Of a DNA stretch of 64,000 nucleotides, positions 30,494 to 40,327 are shown one piece after another. The first letter of the stretch is position 1; the number at the start of each line of letters is the position of its first letter. The position numbers and the translations under genes are program-made. The notes under the pieces are model-generated. The model worked only from the letters and a program-made list of their open reading frames with translations, did not search any database and was not told where the DNA came from. This stretch comes from an uncultured Fidelibacterota bacterium (lineage in GTDB: Bacteria; Fidelibacterota; Marinisomatia; Marinisomatales; Marinisomataceae), in assembly GCA_902599655.1 (NCBI GenBank), contig CACKGC010000002.1, positions 13,951 to 77,950 on the forward strand, in the 5' to 3' direction.

Positions 30494-31563
30494 GTGATTA
30501 TAGAAAAACTAAACTTTATGATTCTCATCAAAGTTTAAAAGCAAAATTAGTTCCATTTTCTGGATTTTGGATGCCTCTCCAATATTCAAGCATAATAAAA
30601 GAGCATCATCATGTGCGCTCAAAGTGTGGATTATTTGATGTAAGTCATATGGGGGAGTTTATTGTTTCTGGAAATAATGCTAAAACTTTTTTACAGAATG
30701 TAACTACCAATGATATTCAAAACCTGGAGGCTGGTAAAGTTCAATATTCTGCTTTCTGTAACGATTCCGGTGGAGTCATTGATGATTTGCTGGTGTATCA
30801 TCTTGGTGATTGCTACATGTTGGTAGTAAATGCTTCAAATATTGAAAAAAACTTTGAATGGCTTTCTTCAAATTTAATTGATGATGTATCATTAGAAGAT
30901 AAATCTGACACCATGTCTTTGTTAGCTTTGCAAGGCCCTTTATCAAGGACTTACCTGAAAAAACTCTATCCAAAAATTGAAGATTTAAAATATTATGAAA
31001 CACTGCTTCCAGACAATAGCGAGGTTATAGTTGCAAGAACTGGCTATTCAGGTGAGTTGGGTTTTGAAATTTATGCTCCAAATTCAATCATTTTAAAACT
31101 TTGGAATGAAATTTTATCCCTTTCAGATGATATATTACCTGTTGGATTAGGATGTAGAGACTCATTGAGGCTTGAAATGGGATATTGTTTGTACGGAAAT
31201 GAGCTTAATGAGCAAACAACAACAATTGAAGCAGGGTTATCATGGATAACAAAGCATGAAACAAGCTTTATCGGTTCAAATTCAATGCAAGATAATTTAC
31301 CATCAAAGAAATTAATTGCACTTATATCAGAGGAAAGAGCTATACCGAGATCAGGTTATAAAATATTTTCAAAAGACAAAAAAGAAGTGGGCGTGGTTAC
31401 AAGTGGAGGTATGTCTCCATGTTTAAAGAAAGGAATTGCTTTGGCCTATGTTGATTATGAAATGAGGTTAGAGAAAGAATTTTTGATTGGAATAAGAGAT
31501 AATTTCTTTATTTTTGAAAAAACTAAATTACCATTCTATAAAAATGGGACTTATTTAAAATGA
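30490..31563 (+). CDS. gcvT: Glycine cleavage system aminomethyltransferase T
   Basis: MPLQY, FDVSHMGE, LVVNASN, RTGYSGELGFE, RDSLRLEMG. Confidence 0.96.
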   Translation: MSDYRKTKLYDSHQSLKAKLVPFSGFWMPLQYSSIIKEHHHVRSKCGLFDVSHMGEFIVSGNNAKTFLQNVTTNDIQNLEAGKVQYSAFCNDSGGVIDDLLVYHLGDCYMLVVNASNIEKNFEWLSSNLIDDVSLEDKSDTMSLLALQGPLSRTYLKKLYPKIEDLKYYETLLPDNSEVIVARTGYSGELGFEIYAPNSIILKLWNEILSLSDDILPVGLGCRDSLRLEMGYCLYGNELNEQTTTIEAGLSWITKHETSFIGSNSMQDNLPSKKLIALISEERAIPRSGYKIFSKDKKEVGVVTSGGMSPCLKKGIALAYVDYEMRLEKEFLIGIRDNFFIFEKTKLPFYKNGTYLK

Positions 31564-33878
31564 AAGACAAGTTAAAGATTCAAATTATTGGTTGGTTATT
31601 ATTGATCATTTCTTTATTGATTACTGGTTCAATGATTGGTTATGATTTGACTGAAGAGCCAACGCTTGTAGCACAAAAAATTAATAACCCATTCAATATA
31701 CTGGGAGTATATATTGGATTTTATTTGATGAAATTGGGGTTTGGTTATGCGGCTCTATTAATCCCAATTATATTAGCAACGATTTCATTTTATTTGATTT
31801 CAAATTTTTCATTTAATGTTGCAAGATTATTGCGATTTGAGATTCTATTACTGATTCTTCTATCTGTTCTATTAGGTTTTATTAGCAACGTAAGCTATTT
31901 ATCAGAATTTAAAGAGGTTCAAAATTTTGAAGATTCAGGGCTTTTAGGAGGCTTAATATTTAGTCTTATTTATGATTGGACTGGATTTTATGGTTCAGTT
32001 TTAATTCTCTTTTCTTCGATAGCTTTATTTTTAGTATCATTTTTCAAAATTGATTTATATAAATCTTTGAAAGATGTACCAAGTATTATAATTAATAAAA
32101 TTTCTAAAGTAGAATTTGATTTCAAGAAAATTATACCTGACTTTAAAAAAGAGAACGATAAAAAAGAAAGAGTCAAAATTATTGAAGATGATTCATTTCT
32201 TGAAAACATTAATGCTGAAGAAAGAATAGAATCTTTAAATCAGGTGGTTGAAAAGGAAACTTCAACTGAACCTGTTCAAGATACTAAAATTGATACAACT
32301 GTTGATAAACCTAAAGTTGAAGTAGATCAAGAAATAGATCAAAATGAAGAATTAGATCCCATTTCAATTGAAAAAGCAATCATTGAAAAAGAAGCAGAAA
32401 TTGATGATCAAAGAAATAAATCAATTTTAAAAGTTGAGTGGAAGTTTCCCTCTACAGATATTTTAGAATCATCAGATGAATCAAGCGAAATAAATGAAGA
32501 TGATATCAGAGATAGATCAGAGCTACTTAAAAATTCTCTTTCAAATTTTGGTGTAGAAGGTTCATCGGGAGCAATCAAGACTGGCCCAATAATTACACTT
32601 TTTGAGATTTTACCTGCTGAAGGTGTAAGGGTTAATAAATTTGTTCAGCTTTCAGATGATATTGCTAGGGTGATGGAAGCACAGAGCGTAAGAGTCCTTG
32701 CTCCAATACCTGGTTCAAATCATGTTGGAGTTGAAATTCCAAATGTCAACCCTCAAACTATTTATTTAAAAAATGTAATTAATTCTGAAAAATATCTTAA
32801 ATCTAAAGCCAAGTTAAAACTAGCCATTGGAAAAGGGACTCTTGGTGATATATCTATTCTTGACCTTGTTGAAATGCCTCATTTACTTATTGCAGGAACA
32901 ACAGGTTCAGGAAAGTCGGTTTCATTAAATACTATAATCGTAAGCCTTCTTTATCAATTAAAACCTGAAGAAGTAAAATTTGTAATCATTGATCCTAAAA
33001 AGGTTGAAATGTCGCTTTATAGAGGACTTGAAAATCACTACTTATTAAAATTTAACGGTATCGATGAGTCAATCATTACTAAAAAAGACAATGCAATTTT
33101 AGCACTAAGATCTCTTGAAAAAGAAATGGATTCAAGATATGATTTATTAGCTGAGGCTGGTAAAAGAAATATTTCTGAATACAATGATATGATGAAAAAA
33201 TCTAAAAAAGATTTAATGCCTTATATTGTTTTGATGATCGATGAACTTGCTGATTTGATGATGTATAGTCCAAGAGATGTTGAAGCACCTATTGCAAGAT
33301 TAGCCCAGCTAGCTAGGGCTGTTGGTATTCACTTGATTGTTGCTACACAAAGACCATCTGTAGATGTAATTACAGGTGTTATAAAGGCTAATTTCCCAGC
33401 AAGAATTGCCTTTCAAGTTGCAACTAAAATTGACTCAAGAACTATTTTAGATGAAAATGGAGCAGACAAGCTTATTGGAAAAGGTGACATGTTGTATCAA
33501 AAACCTGGATCACCTGCGCCAGTTAGAATGCATGGTGCTTTTATAACTTTAAAAGAAATTGAAGATTTAGTTGCTCATATTTCATCTCAACCAAAACCAA
33601 GTGAAGTAATTATTGAAACTTATAAAGAAGAATCAAGTTCAATGGTTGATGGAGACGGAATTGATGATGATTTACTGCATAAAGCAATTGAAATTATTGT
33701 TATGAGTAAGCAAGGGTCTATTTCATTATTACAAAGAAGATTATCGGTTGGTTATTCGAGAGCAGCAAGGCTAATAGATGAGATGGAAAGACTAAAAATT
33801 GTAGGTCCGTTTACTGGAAGTAAGGCAAGAGAAGTATTAGTTGACGAATCTTATTTAGAAGCAATTAATGAAGATTAG
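31560..33878 (+). CDS. ftsK: DNA translocase FtsK
   Basis: TM N-terminus, MPHLLIAGTTGSGKS, IDELAD, ATQRPSVDV, gamma domain LQRRLSVGYSRAARLIDEME. Confidence 0.97.
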   Translation: MKDKLKIQIIGWLLLIISLLITGSMIGYDLTEEPTLVAQKINNPFNILGVYIGFYLMKLGFGYAALLIPIILATISFYLISNFSFNVARLLRFEILLLILLSVLLGFISNVSYLSEFKEVQNFEDSGLLGGLIFSLIYDWTGFYGSVLILFSSIALFLVSFFKIDLYKSLKDVPSIIINKISKVEFDFKKIIPDFKKENDKKERVKIIEDDSFLENINAEERIESLNQVVEKETSTEPVQDTKIDTTVDKPKVEVDQEIDQNEELDPISIEKAIIEKEAEIDDQRNKSILKVEWKFPSTDILESSDESSEINEDDIRDRSELLKNSLSNFGVEGSSGAIKTGPIITLFEILPAEGVRVNKFVQLSDDIARVMEAQSVRVLAPIPGSNHVGVEIPNVNPQTIYLKNVINSEKYLKSKAKLKLAIGKGTLGDISILDLVEMPHLLIAGTTGSGKSVSLNTIIVSLLYQLKPEEVKFVIIDPKKVEMSLYRGLENHYLLKFNGIDESIITKKDNAILALRSLEKEMDSRYDLLAEAGKRNISEYNDMMKKSKKDLMPYIVLMIDELADLMMYSPRDVEAPIARLAQLARAVGIHLIVATQRPSVDVITGVIKANFPARIAFQVATKIDSRTILDENGADKLIGKGDMLYQKPGSPAPVRMHGAFITLKEIEDLVAHISSQPKPSEVIIETYKEESSSMVDGDGIDDDLLHKAIEIIVMSKQGSISLLQRRLSVGYSRAARLIDEMERLKIVGPFTGSKAREVLVDESYLEAINED

Positions 33879-34419
33879 CTTAATATTCTTTTTACTAACT
33901 ACTTCACTTTTTAGTCAAAGTCAGGATACTCAGATTAAAGATTATTTCAACAGTTTAAATAATAAAACTATTCTCATTGAAATTTTTGAAAATCAATCAG
34001 TTTTTAATGCAAACATATCATTAAATGATCCAAAAATTTATTTTGAAACTATTGAAGTAGATAGTACTGTATCATTATTTGAAAACAATGTGATTACTTC
34101 TTATGATTTATCCAAAAAAAATATAATTATCGAAAATTCAGAAAAAAATATACTAGATTTTTTTTCATATAAAAATCTTGAAAATGCTTCTCTTATAAAA
34201 ATTGAAATTGAAAATGAAAACTCAATTTATTATTATAATTTTTACAATAATATTTTATTAATTAGTTTTAATAATTCACAAAGTATGGTTAAAGAAATCA
34301 GTCTATTTCAAGCAGAAAATTCTATATTTGAATGTAAGATAGTTGATATTAATAAATACCAGAATCCTTTAAAATTTTTAAATATAGATGATTCGTGGAC
34401 AACAATTGATTGGAGATAA
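33868..34419 (+). CDS. Secreted hypothetical protein, probably a divergent LolA-like carrier
   Basis: Signal peptide; lies directly after ftsK; C-terminal '..TIDWR' resembles LolA-family ends. Confidence 0.45.
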   Translation: MKISLIFFLLTTSLFSQSQDTQIKDYFNSLNNKTILIEIFENQSVFNANISLNDPKIYFETIEVDSTVSLFENNVITSYDLSKKNIIIENSEKNILDFFSYKNLENASLIKIEIENENSIYYYNFYNNILLISFNNSQSMVKEISLFQAENSIFECKIVDINKYQNPLKFLNIDDSWTTIDWR

Positions 34420-34973
34420 AATTGAAGTTTGATGCAATTTTTTTAGATAGAGATGGAACTATTAGTCATGATCCTTATGGGTACATAAATGATGTCAAAG
34501 ATTATGATTTTTTTGATTTTACTTTTGATGCATTAGAATTATTGCATCAATACAGCGACAAATTTTTTATTGTTACAAACCAATCAGGACTTTCAACGGG
34601 TAAAATTGACATCGATAATTTGGAAAGTATTCATGCTCACATTAATGATGAGTTCAGAAAAAGAAAATTACCTTTGAAAAATATTTATTTTGCTGATAAT
34701 TACGATGAAGACTATTTCTCAATGAGAAAACCGGGAATAGGAATGTTTCAAAAAGCGTCAGAGGAATTTAATATCAATCTAGAAAATTGTTTGATGATTG
34801 GTGATTCAATTGTTGATATGCAAGTTGGGGATAGGCTTAAAATGAAAACAATATTTTTATTAACTGGAATGGGAAATGATTATTTGAATGATGTTCAATC
34901 TACTTGCGATGTTGATTTAGTCTCTAATAATTTACTTGAAGCAGCAAAGGATATAAAATTAATATTGCAGTAA
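34410..34973 (+). CDS. GmhB/HisB-N-like HAD IIIA phosphatase
   Basis: FLDRDGTI, VTNQSG, RKPGIGM, MIGD. Confidence 0.85.
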   Translation: MEIKLKFDAIFLDRDGTISHDPYGYINDVKDYDFFDFTFDALELLHQYSDKFFIVTNQSGLSTGKIDIDNLESIHAHINDEFRKRKLPLKNIYFADNYDEDYFSMRKPGIGMFQKASEEFNINLENCLMIGDSIVDMQVGDRLKMKTIFLLTGMGNDYLNDVQSTCDVDLVSNNLLEAAKDIKLILQ

Positions 34974-35857
34974 TATCGGGAGGAAATTCAGAGGAGCGAT
35001 TAGTTTCTATAAGAACTGGTGAAGCTGTTGCTGAAGCTTGTAATCAATTAGGTTATAATACTTCAATATTTGTTCTGGATTCAGATTCAATTGATTTTAT
35101 CCTAAATGATTTAAAAGCACATGATTTTGTTTTCATTGCATTGCATGGTTCTTTTGGTGAGGATGGAGTCATTCAATCAATTTTATCAAAAAATAATATT
35201 CCTTTTAATGGTTCAGGTGAAAAATCTTCTCGAAATTGCTTTGATAAATCTGTGACAAAAGAAATTGTTATGAATCAGGGAGTTTTATCCCCAAAATATT
35301 ATCAAACTTCTTCAAATACGTGCAATGATCATCTTGATTTCAAGTCTGAAAAATATATTGTTAAACCAAATTCACAAGGAAGCTCTGTTGGTTTTAATGT
35401 GATTGATAATTTTGAAAATTTAAATGATGCCATTGATATAGCTTTAGATTTTGACAATTCCGTATTAATTGAAGAGTTTATTGATGGGAGAGAAATTACC
35501 GTTCCAATTTTAGGGAATGAACCACTTCCTGTTATTGAAATTGAACCAAAATCTGGTATATATGATTACAAATCAAAATATACAGCCGGCGAATCAAAAT
35601 ATACTTGTCCTGCTGATCTTACTTTAGAAAAATATCAATTTGTGCAAGATTGCGCATTAAGTGTTCACAAGATGCTCAAATGTGATGTTTATTCAAGAGT
35701 TGACTTTAAATTTTATGACGATAATTTCTATTTTTTAGAAATAAATACTCTTCCTGGAATGACTGAAACTAGTTTATTTCCTATGGCTGCAAAGAGTCAT
35801 GGATTTTCTTTTAAAGATATAATTAATAAAATTATTAAATTGTCTTTACAAAAATGA
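34958..35857 (+). CDS. ddl: D-alanine--D-alanine ligase (homology extends upstream of the track start to an ATT codon)
   Basis: In-frame NIAVISGGNSEERLVS upstream of ALHGSFGEDG; GSSVG, YDYKSKY, EINTLPGMTETSL. Confidence 0.92.
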   Translation: MNIAVISGGNSEERLVSIRTGEAVAEACNQLGYNTSIFVLDSDSIDFILNDLKAHDFVFIALHGSFGEDGVIQSILSKNNIPFNGSGEKSSRNCFDKSVTKEIVMNQGVLSPKYYQTSSNTCNDHLDFKSEKYIVKPNSQGSSVGFNVIDNFENLNDAIDIALDFDNSVLIEEFIDGREITVPILGNEPLPVIEIEPKSGIYDYKSKYTAGESKYTCPADLTLEKYQFVQDCALSVHKMLKCDVYSRVDFKFYDDNFYFLEINTLPGMTETSLFPMAAKSHGFSFKDIINKIIKLSLQK

Positions 35858-37227
35858 GCTTAAAATTATATAATTCACTTTCAAGTAAAAAAGAAGTCTT
35901 CAAAGCAATTTCTGACAAAAAAGTTAAAACTTATGGTTGCGGTCCAACAGTTTATAACGATCCTCACATAGGAAATTTTAGAACCTTTGTATTTTATGAT
36001 TTATTAAACAGAGTTCTTCAGTTGAATGGTTATGAGACGGAAACTGCAGTTAACATAACTGATATTGATGACAAGATTATTGATAGAGTTAATCAGGAGA
36101 ATACTTCATTAAAGGAAATTACTTCAAAATATGAACTATCATTCCTGGAATTGTCAAAGTCCTTAAAAATTTTACCTAACAATCATAACCCAAGAGCAAC
36201 AGAGTATGTAGAAGAAATGATCGAATTCATTCAAGCTTTAATTAATAAAGATTTAGCCTATGAAATGAACGGAAATATTTTTTTTGATATAGAAGCTTAT
36301 CCAAAATATGGAAAATTTGTAAACATTAGCGATGACCTTGAAACGGAAGATAATGAATTATTAAAAAAAAATCGTAATGATTTTACATTATGGAAGGCAA
36401 AAAAGGACTCAGATGGTGATATTTTCTGGAATAGCAACTGGGGTAAGGGAAGGCCTGGATGGCATACCGAATGCGCTGTAATGATTAAGACCCTTTTTGA
36501 TGGTCGTCTTGACATACATTGTGGAGGAATAGATCTAAAATTTCCTCATCACGAAAATGAAAGTGCTCAAATTGAAGCTATTCAAAAACATAAGCTATCT
36601 AATTATTGGCTTCATGCTGAACATTTAAATATGGACGATGAAAAGATGAGCAAGTCATCAGGTAACTTTATTGATGTAAGCACTCTCATAGAAAAAAATG
36701 GTTCGGATGTAGTTAGATTGTTTCTACTTTCTGCTCATTATAGAACTAAGGTATCTTTCAGTCAAAAAAAATTAGATGAATGCAAAAAAATGATTGAAAA
36801 AATTAAAAGATTTGCAAAAAACTTCAATATTGATAGCAAAAATATTGAATTAAAATTTTCAAGTGAACATGAATTATTTATTGATGCTCTTAATGATGAT
36901 TTAAATACTCCAGGAGCGATTGGAGTTTTCTTTAGTTTTATATCAGAAATGAATAAAAAAATTGCAGAAAAATCAATAAATGATGCAGATAAAGAAAAAT
37001 CTTTAGTTTTTTTAAAATTATTTAATTCAATTTTTGATATTTTAGATTTTGATAATTTACATGATCAAAATATTCCAAAAGAGTTACAAGATTTACTTGT
37101 TTCTCGTCAGGTAGCTAGAGAAAATCTAGATTGGAAATTGTCTGATTCCATTAGAGATAAAATTGAGTCTTTAGGTTGGCAGGTTGAGGATACTTCCAGC
37201 GGACAAAATCTCTCTAAAAAGAAATAA
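35854..37227 (+). CDS. cysS: Cysteine--tRNA ligase
   Basis: CGPTVY, HIGN, GRPGWHTEC, FPHHENE, KMSKS. Confidence 0.98.
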   Translation: MSLKLYNSLSSKKEVFKAISDKKVKTYGCGPTVYNDPHIGNFRTFVFYDLLNRVLQLNGYETETAVNITDIDDKIIDRVNQENTSLKEITSKYELSFLELSKSLKILPNNHNPRATEYVEEMIEFIQALINKDLAYEMNGNIFFDIEAYPKYGKFVNISDDLETEDNELLKKNRNDFTLWKAKKDSDGDIFWNSNWGKGRPGWHTECAVMIKTLFDGRLDIHCGGIDLKFPHHENESAQIEAIQKHKLSNYWLHAEHLNMDDEKMSKSSGNFIDVSTLIEKNGSDVVRLFLLSAHYRTKVSFSQKKLDECKKMIEKIKRFAKNFNIDSKNIELKFSSEHELFIDALNDDLNTPGAIGVFFSFISEMNKKIAEKSINDADKEKSLVFLKLFNSIFDILDFDNLHDQNIPKELQDLLVSRQVARENLDWKLSDSIRDKIESLGWQVEDTSSGQNLSKKK

Positions 37228-37228
37228 T

Positions 37229-37258
37229 TTGTTTTCCTGATAAATCTTCTTATATTTC
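37229..37258 (+). promoter_or_regulatory. Candidate housekeeping promoter for the tRNA/tuf cluster
   Basis: TTGTTT-N16-TATATT followed by TCG; similar layout to the element upstream of rpsL. Confidence 0.45.
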
Positions 37259-37294
37259 GTCGCTTTTGCCTACGCGTGCGTGTATACATACATT

Positions 37295-37367
37295 GCCGGT
37301 GTAGCTCAGTTGGTAGAGCAGCTGATTTGTAATCAGCGGGTCGGGGGTTCAAATCCTCTCGCCGGCT
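37295..37367 (+). tRNA. tRNA-Thr(UGU)
   Basis: Cloverleaf; anticodon arm GCTGA-TT-TGT-AA-TCAGC; GTTCAAAT T-loop; CCA not encoded. Confidence 0.97.
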
Positions 37368-37443
37368 CAGTTTTTAAGGGTAAAAAGCAAGGTATTTGAA
37401 AATTTTTTTTTGATCTTACTATCAGGATTGAGTTTAGGATTTC

Positions 37444-37526
37444 GGGCAAATGGCCGAGTGGTTAAAGGCAGCAGACTGTAAATCTGCCGACGTAAGTCTA
37501 CGGAGGTTCGAATCCTTCTTTGCCCA
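37444..37526 (+). tRNA. tRNA-Tyr(GUA)
   Basis: GGGCAAA/TTTGCCC acceptor; GCAGA-CT-GTA-AA-TCTGC; long variable arm. Confidence 0.97.
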
Positions 37527-37534
37527 CAGGATTT

Positions 37535-37607
37535 GCGAGTGTAGCTCAGTTGGTAGAGCATCAGCCTTCCAAGCTGAGGGTCGCGCGTTCGAATCGCGTC
37601 ACTCGCT
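37535..37607 (+). tRNA. tRNA-Gly(UCC)
   Basis: GCGAGTG/CACTCGC; TCAGC-CT-TCC-AA-GCTGA. Confidence 0.97.
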
Positions 37608-37615
37608 CAATAATT

Positions 37616-37688
37616 GCCTGCGTAGCTCAGTAGGTAGAGCACTTCGTTGGTAACGAAGAGGTCACCGGTTCAATCCCGGTCGTAGGCT
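37616..37688 (+). tRNA. tRNA-Thr(GGU)
   Basis: GCCTGCG/CGTAGGC; CTTCG-TT-GGT-AA-CGAAG. Confidence 0.97.
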
Positions 37689-37731
37689 CAAAAAAAATAA
37701 AAATAATTGTTAAAAACAAGGAGATAACAAA

Positions 37732-38925
37732 ATGGCTAAAGAAACATTTGTTAGAAATAAGCCTCACTGTAATATCGGTACTATCGGTCACGTTGACCAT
37801 GGTAAGACTACTTTGACTGCTGCTATTACGCAAACCCAGTCTAATCTAGGTTTAGCAGCTAAACGTGATTTTGACACTATTGATAATGCACCTGAGGAAA
37901 AAGAAAGAGGTATTACAATTTCAACTTCACATGTTGAATATGAGACAGCTAACCGCCACTATGCGCACGTTGACTGTCCTGGTCACGCCGACTACATTAA
38001 AAACATGATTACAGGAGCAGCTCAAATGGATGGAGCTATTCTTGTTGTTAGTGCAGCTGACGGTCCAATGCCTCAAACAAGAGAACACGTATTGCTTGCT
38101 CGTCAGGTAAACGTACCAAGTATCGTTGTTTTCATGAATAAGGTTGACCAAGTTGACGATCCTGAATTGTTAGAATTGGTAGAGATGGAATTAAGAGATC
38201 TTTTAAGCGAATACAAATTTGATGGTGATAATACACCTATCGTTAAAGGTAGTGCATTAAAAGCTCTTGAAAATCCTAATGATGCTGAAGCGGTAAAATG
38301 TATTGCTGAGCTAATGGAAGCTTGTGATTCATTTATCCCTCAGCCAGAACGTGCAATTGATAAACCATTCTTAATGCCTGTTGAGGATGTTTTCAGTATT
38401 ACCGGTAGAGGTACTGTTGGTACTGGAAGAATCGAATCAGGTAAGATTAAAATTGGTGAAGAAGTAGAAGTTGTTGGTCTTGATAATAAAATCGGCACAA
38501 CAACAGTTACTGGTGTTGAAATGTTCCAAAAAACTCTTGATGAAGGTGAAGCTGGTGATAATGCTGGTCTTTTATTAAGAGGTGTTGAAAAAGAAGACCT
38601 TAAAAGAGGTGTTGTTTTAGCAGCTAAAGGTTCAATCACACCACATACCAAGTTCAAAGCAAACGTTTATGTTTTGAAAAAAGAAGAAGGTGGAAGACAT
38701 ACTCCATTTTTCAATAACTATAGACCGCAGTTTTACTTCAGAACTACTGATGTAACTGGTGTAGTTACTTTACCTGAAGGTACTGAAATGGTTATGCCTG
38801 GAGATAATGTTGAAATGAACGTTGAACTAATTACACCGATTGCTATGGATCAAGAGCTAAGATTCGCTATTAGAGAAGGTGGACACACTGTAGGAGCTGG
38901 AGTAGTAACTACTGTAGTTGACTAA
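37732..38925 (+). CDS. tuf: Elongation factor Tu
   Basis: [25 protein letters not shown]. Confidence 0.99.
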   Translation: MAKETFVRNKPHCNIGTIGHVDHGKTTLTAAITQTQSNLGLAAKRDFDTIDNAPEEKERGITISTSHVEYETANRHYAHVDCPGHADYIKNMITGAAQMDGAILVVSAADGPMPQTREHVLLARQVNVPSIVVFMNKVDQVDDPELLELVEMELRDLLSEYKFDGDNTPIVKGSALKALENPNDAEAVKCIAELMEACDSFIPQPERAIDKPFLMPVEDVFSITGRGTVGTGRIESGKIKIGEEVEVVGLDNKIGTTTVTGVEMFQKTLDEGEAGDNAGLLLRGVEKEDLKRGVVLAAKGSITPHTKFKANVYVLKKEEGGRHTPFFNNYRPQFYFRTTDVTGVVTLPEGTEMVMPGDNVEMNVELITPIAMDQELRFAIREGGHTVGAGVVTTVVD

Positions 38926-39089
38926 TGGCTGGTAATAGCAAAAGAGCAATTGTAAGACTTGAGAGTACTGCAGGGACAGGGTATCGTTATACTGTTACTA
39001 AAAATAAGAGTAAACATCCCGACAAACTTGAATATAAAAAGTTTGACCCTGTAGCTCGCAAGCATGTTCTTTTTAAAGAAATTAAATAG
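38925..39089 (+). CDS. rpmG: 50S ribosomal protein L33, cysteine-free form (54 aa, not in the ORF track)
   Basis: TAATG overlap with tuf; [17 protein letters not shown]...[18 protein letters not shown]. Confidence 0.96.
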   Translation: MAGNSKRAIVRLESTAGTGYRYTVTKNKSKHPDKLEYKKFDPVARKHVLFKEIK

Positions 39090-39094
39090 CATAT

Positions 39095-39167
39095 AGGTGA
39101 GTAGCTCAATTGGTAGAGCATCGGTCTCCAAAACCGGGGGTTGCGGGTTCAATTCCTGCCTCACCTG
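39095..39167 (+). tRNA. tRNA-Trp(CCA)
   Basis: AGGTGAG/CTCACCT; TCGGT-CT-CCA-AA-ACCGG. Confidence 0.97.
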
Positions 39168-39183
39168 CGATAAAGGATAGAGA

Positions 39184-39366
39184 ATGTTTAGAAAAATAAA
39201 AGATTTTTTAAATCAGGTTTACTTGGAAATGAACAAGGTTTCATGGCCATCCTACAATGAGTTGAGAGGATCTACTTATTTAATTATTGTCTTTTTTCTT
39301 TTATTTGTTCTTTTTTTGTTTGGGATTGATTGGGCAATTCAAAGATTTATGAGAGTGTTGATATGA
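39184..39366 (+). CDS. secE: Preprotein translocase SecE
   Basis: EMNKVSWPS, one TM helix; between tRNA-Trp and nusG. Confidence 0.95.
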   Translation: MFRKIKDFLNQVYLEMNKVSWPSYNELRGSTYLIIVFFLLFVLFLFGIDWAIQRFMRVLI

Positions 39367-39896
39367 ATTGGTATAGTTTAAGAGTAATGTCAGGAAAAGA
39401 AAATAAGGTGAAAGATACTATTTTTAGAGAACTTGATTTTGAAAAAGACTTAAAAGCTAATGTTGAGGAAATTTTAATCCCGACTGAAAACATAGTTGAT
39501 ATCAAAAATGGTAAGAAGACTGTGAAAGAAAAGAGCTTATTGCCTGGATACATTTTGGTTAAGATGATTATGAATAATGAAACAAAATTTTTTATTGAAA
39601 GCGTTGACGGTGTTATGAGTTTTGTCGGTCCAAAAGGAAGTCCTCAACCTGTTACTGAAGTTGAAATGTCTCGTTATCTTGTTTCTTCTGATGGCGATGA
39701 GCTTTCTAATGAAGATATTGATGATATTCCATTTAAAGTTGGAGATTCAGTAAAGGTGATTGATGGACCATTTAAAGAATTCAACGGCCTTGTTCAAGAG
39801 GTAAATGATAGAAATAGAATTAAAGTAAATGTTAATATTTTTGGAAGACCTACTCCTATTGAGTTGAGTGTAAACCAAATTTTAAGTGAAAGTTAA
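39363..39896 (+). CDS. nusG: Transcription factor NusG
   Basis: [36 protein letters not shown]; ATG 39363. Confidence 0.97.
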   Translation: MNWYSLRVMSGKENKVKDTIFRELDFEKDLKANVEEILIPTENIVDIKNGKKTVKEKSLLPGYILVKMIMNNETKFFIESVDGVMSFVGPKGSPQPVTEVEMSRYLVSSDGDELSNEDIDDIPFKVGDSVKVIDGPFKEFNGLVQEVNDRNRIKVNVNIFGRPTPIELSVNQILSES

Positions 39897-39898
39897 AA

Positions 39899-40327
39899 AT
39901 GGCTGAAAAAGAAAAAACTGGTTTAATTAAATTGCAAATCGCAGCTGGACAGGCTAATCCAGCCCCACCTGTTGGTCCTGCACTTGGACAGCATGGTGTA
40001 AACATTATGGATTTTTGTAATGCATTCAATGATGCAACTAAAGAATTACAGGGAATGTTAACCCCAGTAATTATTACTGTTTATAAAGATAGATCTTTTA
40101 CATTTGAAACCAAATCTCCACCTGCATCGACTCTTATTATGAAAGAATTAAAAATGAAAAAAGGTTCACAAGAGCCAAATAAAGACAAAGTTGGAACTAT
40201 TAATATGGCTCAGTGTAAAAAAATCGCTGAAATTAAAATGAAAGATTTAAATGCTCACACATTAGATCAAGCTGCAGAAATGATTGCTGGAACTGCTGTT
40301 AGTATGGGAATTGAGGTCGAAAAATGA
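39899..40327 (+). CDS. rplK: 50S ribosomal protein L11
   Basis: [19 protein letters not shown]. Confidence 0.98.
   Translation: MAEKEKTGLIKLQIAAGQANPAPPVGPALGQHGVNIMDFCNAFNDATKELQGMLTPVIITVYKDRSFTFETKSPPASTLIMKELKMKKGSQEPNKDKVGTINMAQCKKIAEIKMKDLNAHTLDQAAEMIAGTAVSMGIEVEK

Noticed and set aside
37450-37653. 67-aa + strand ORF and neighbouring ORFs at 37107-37833 and 38922-39164
   Set aside because: These are translations of tRNA genes.
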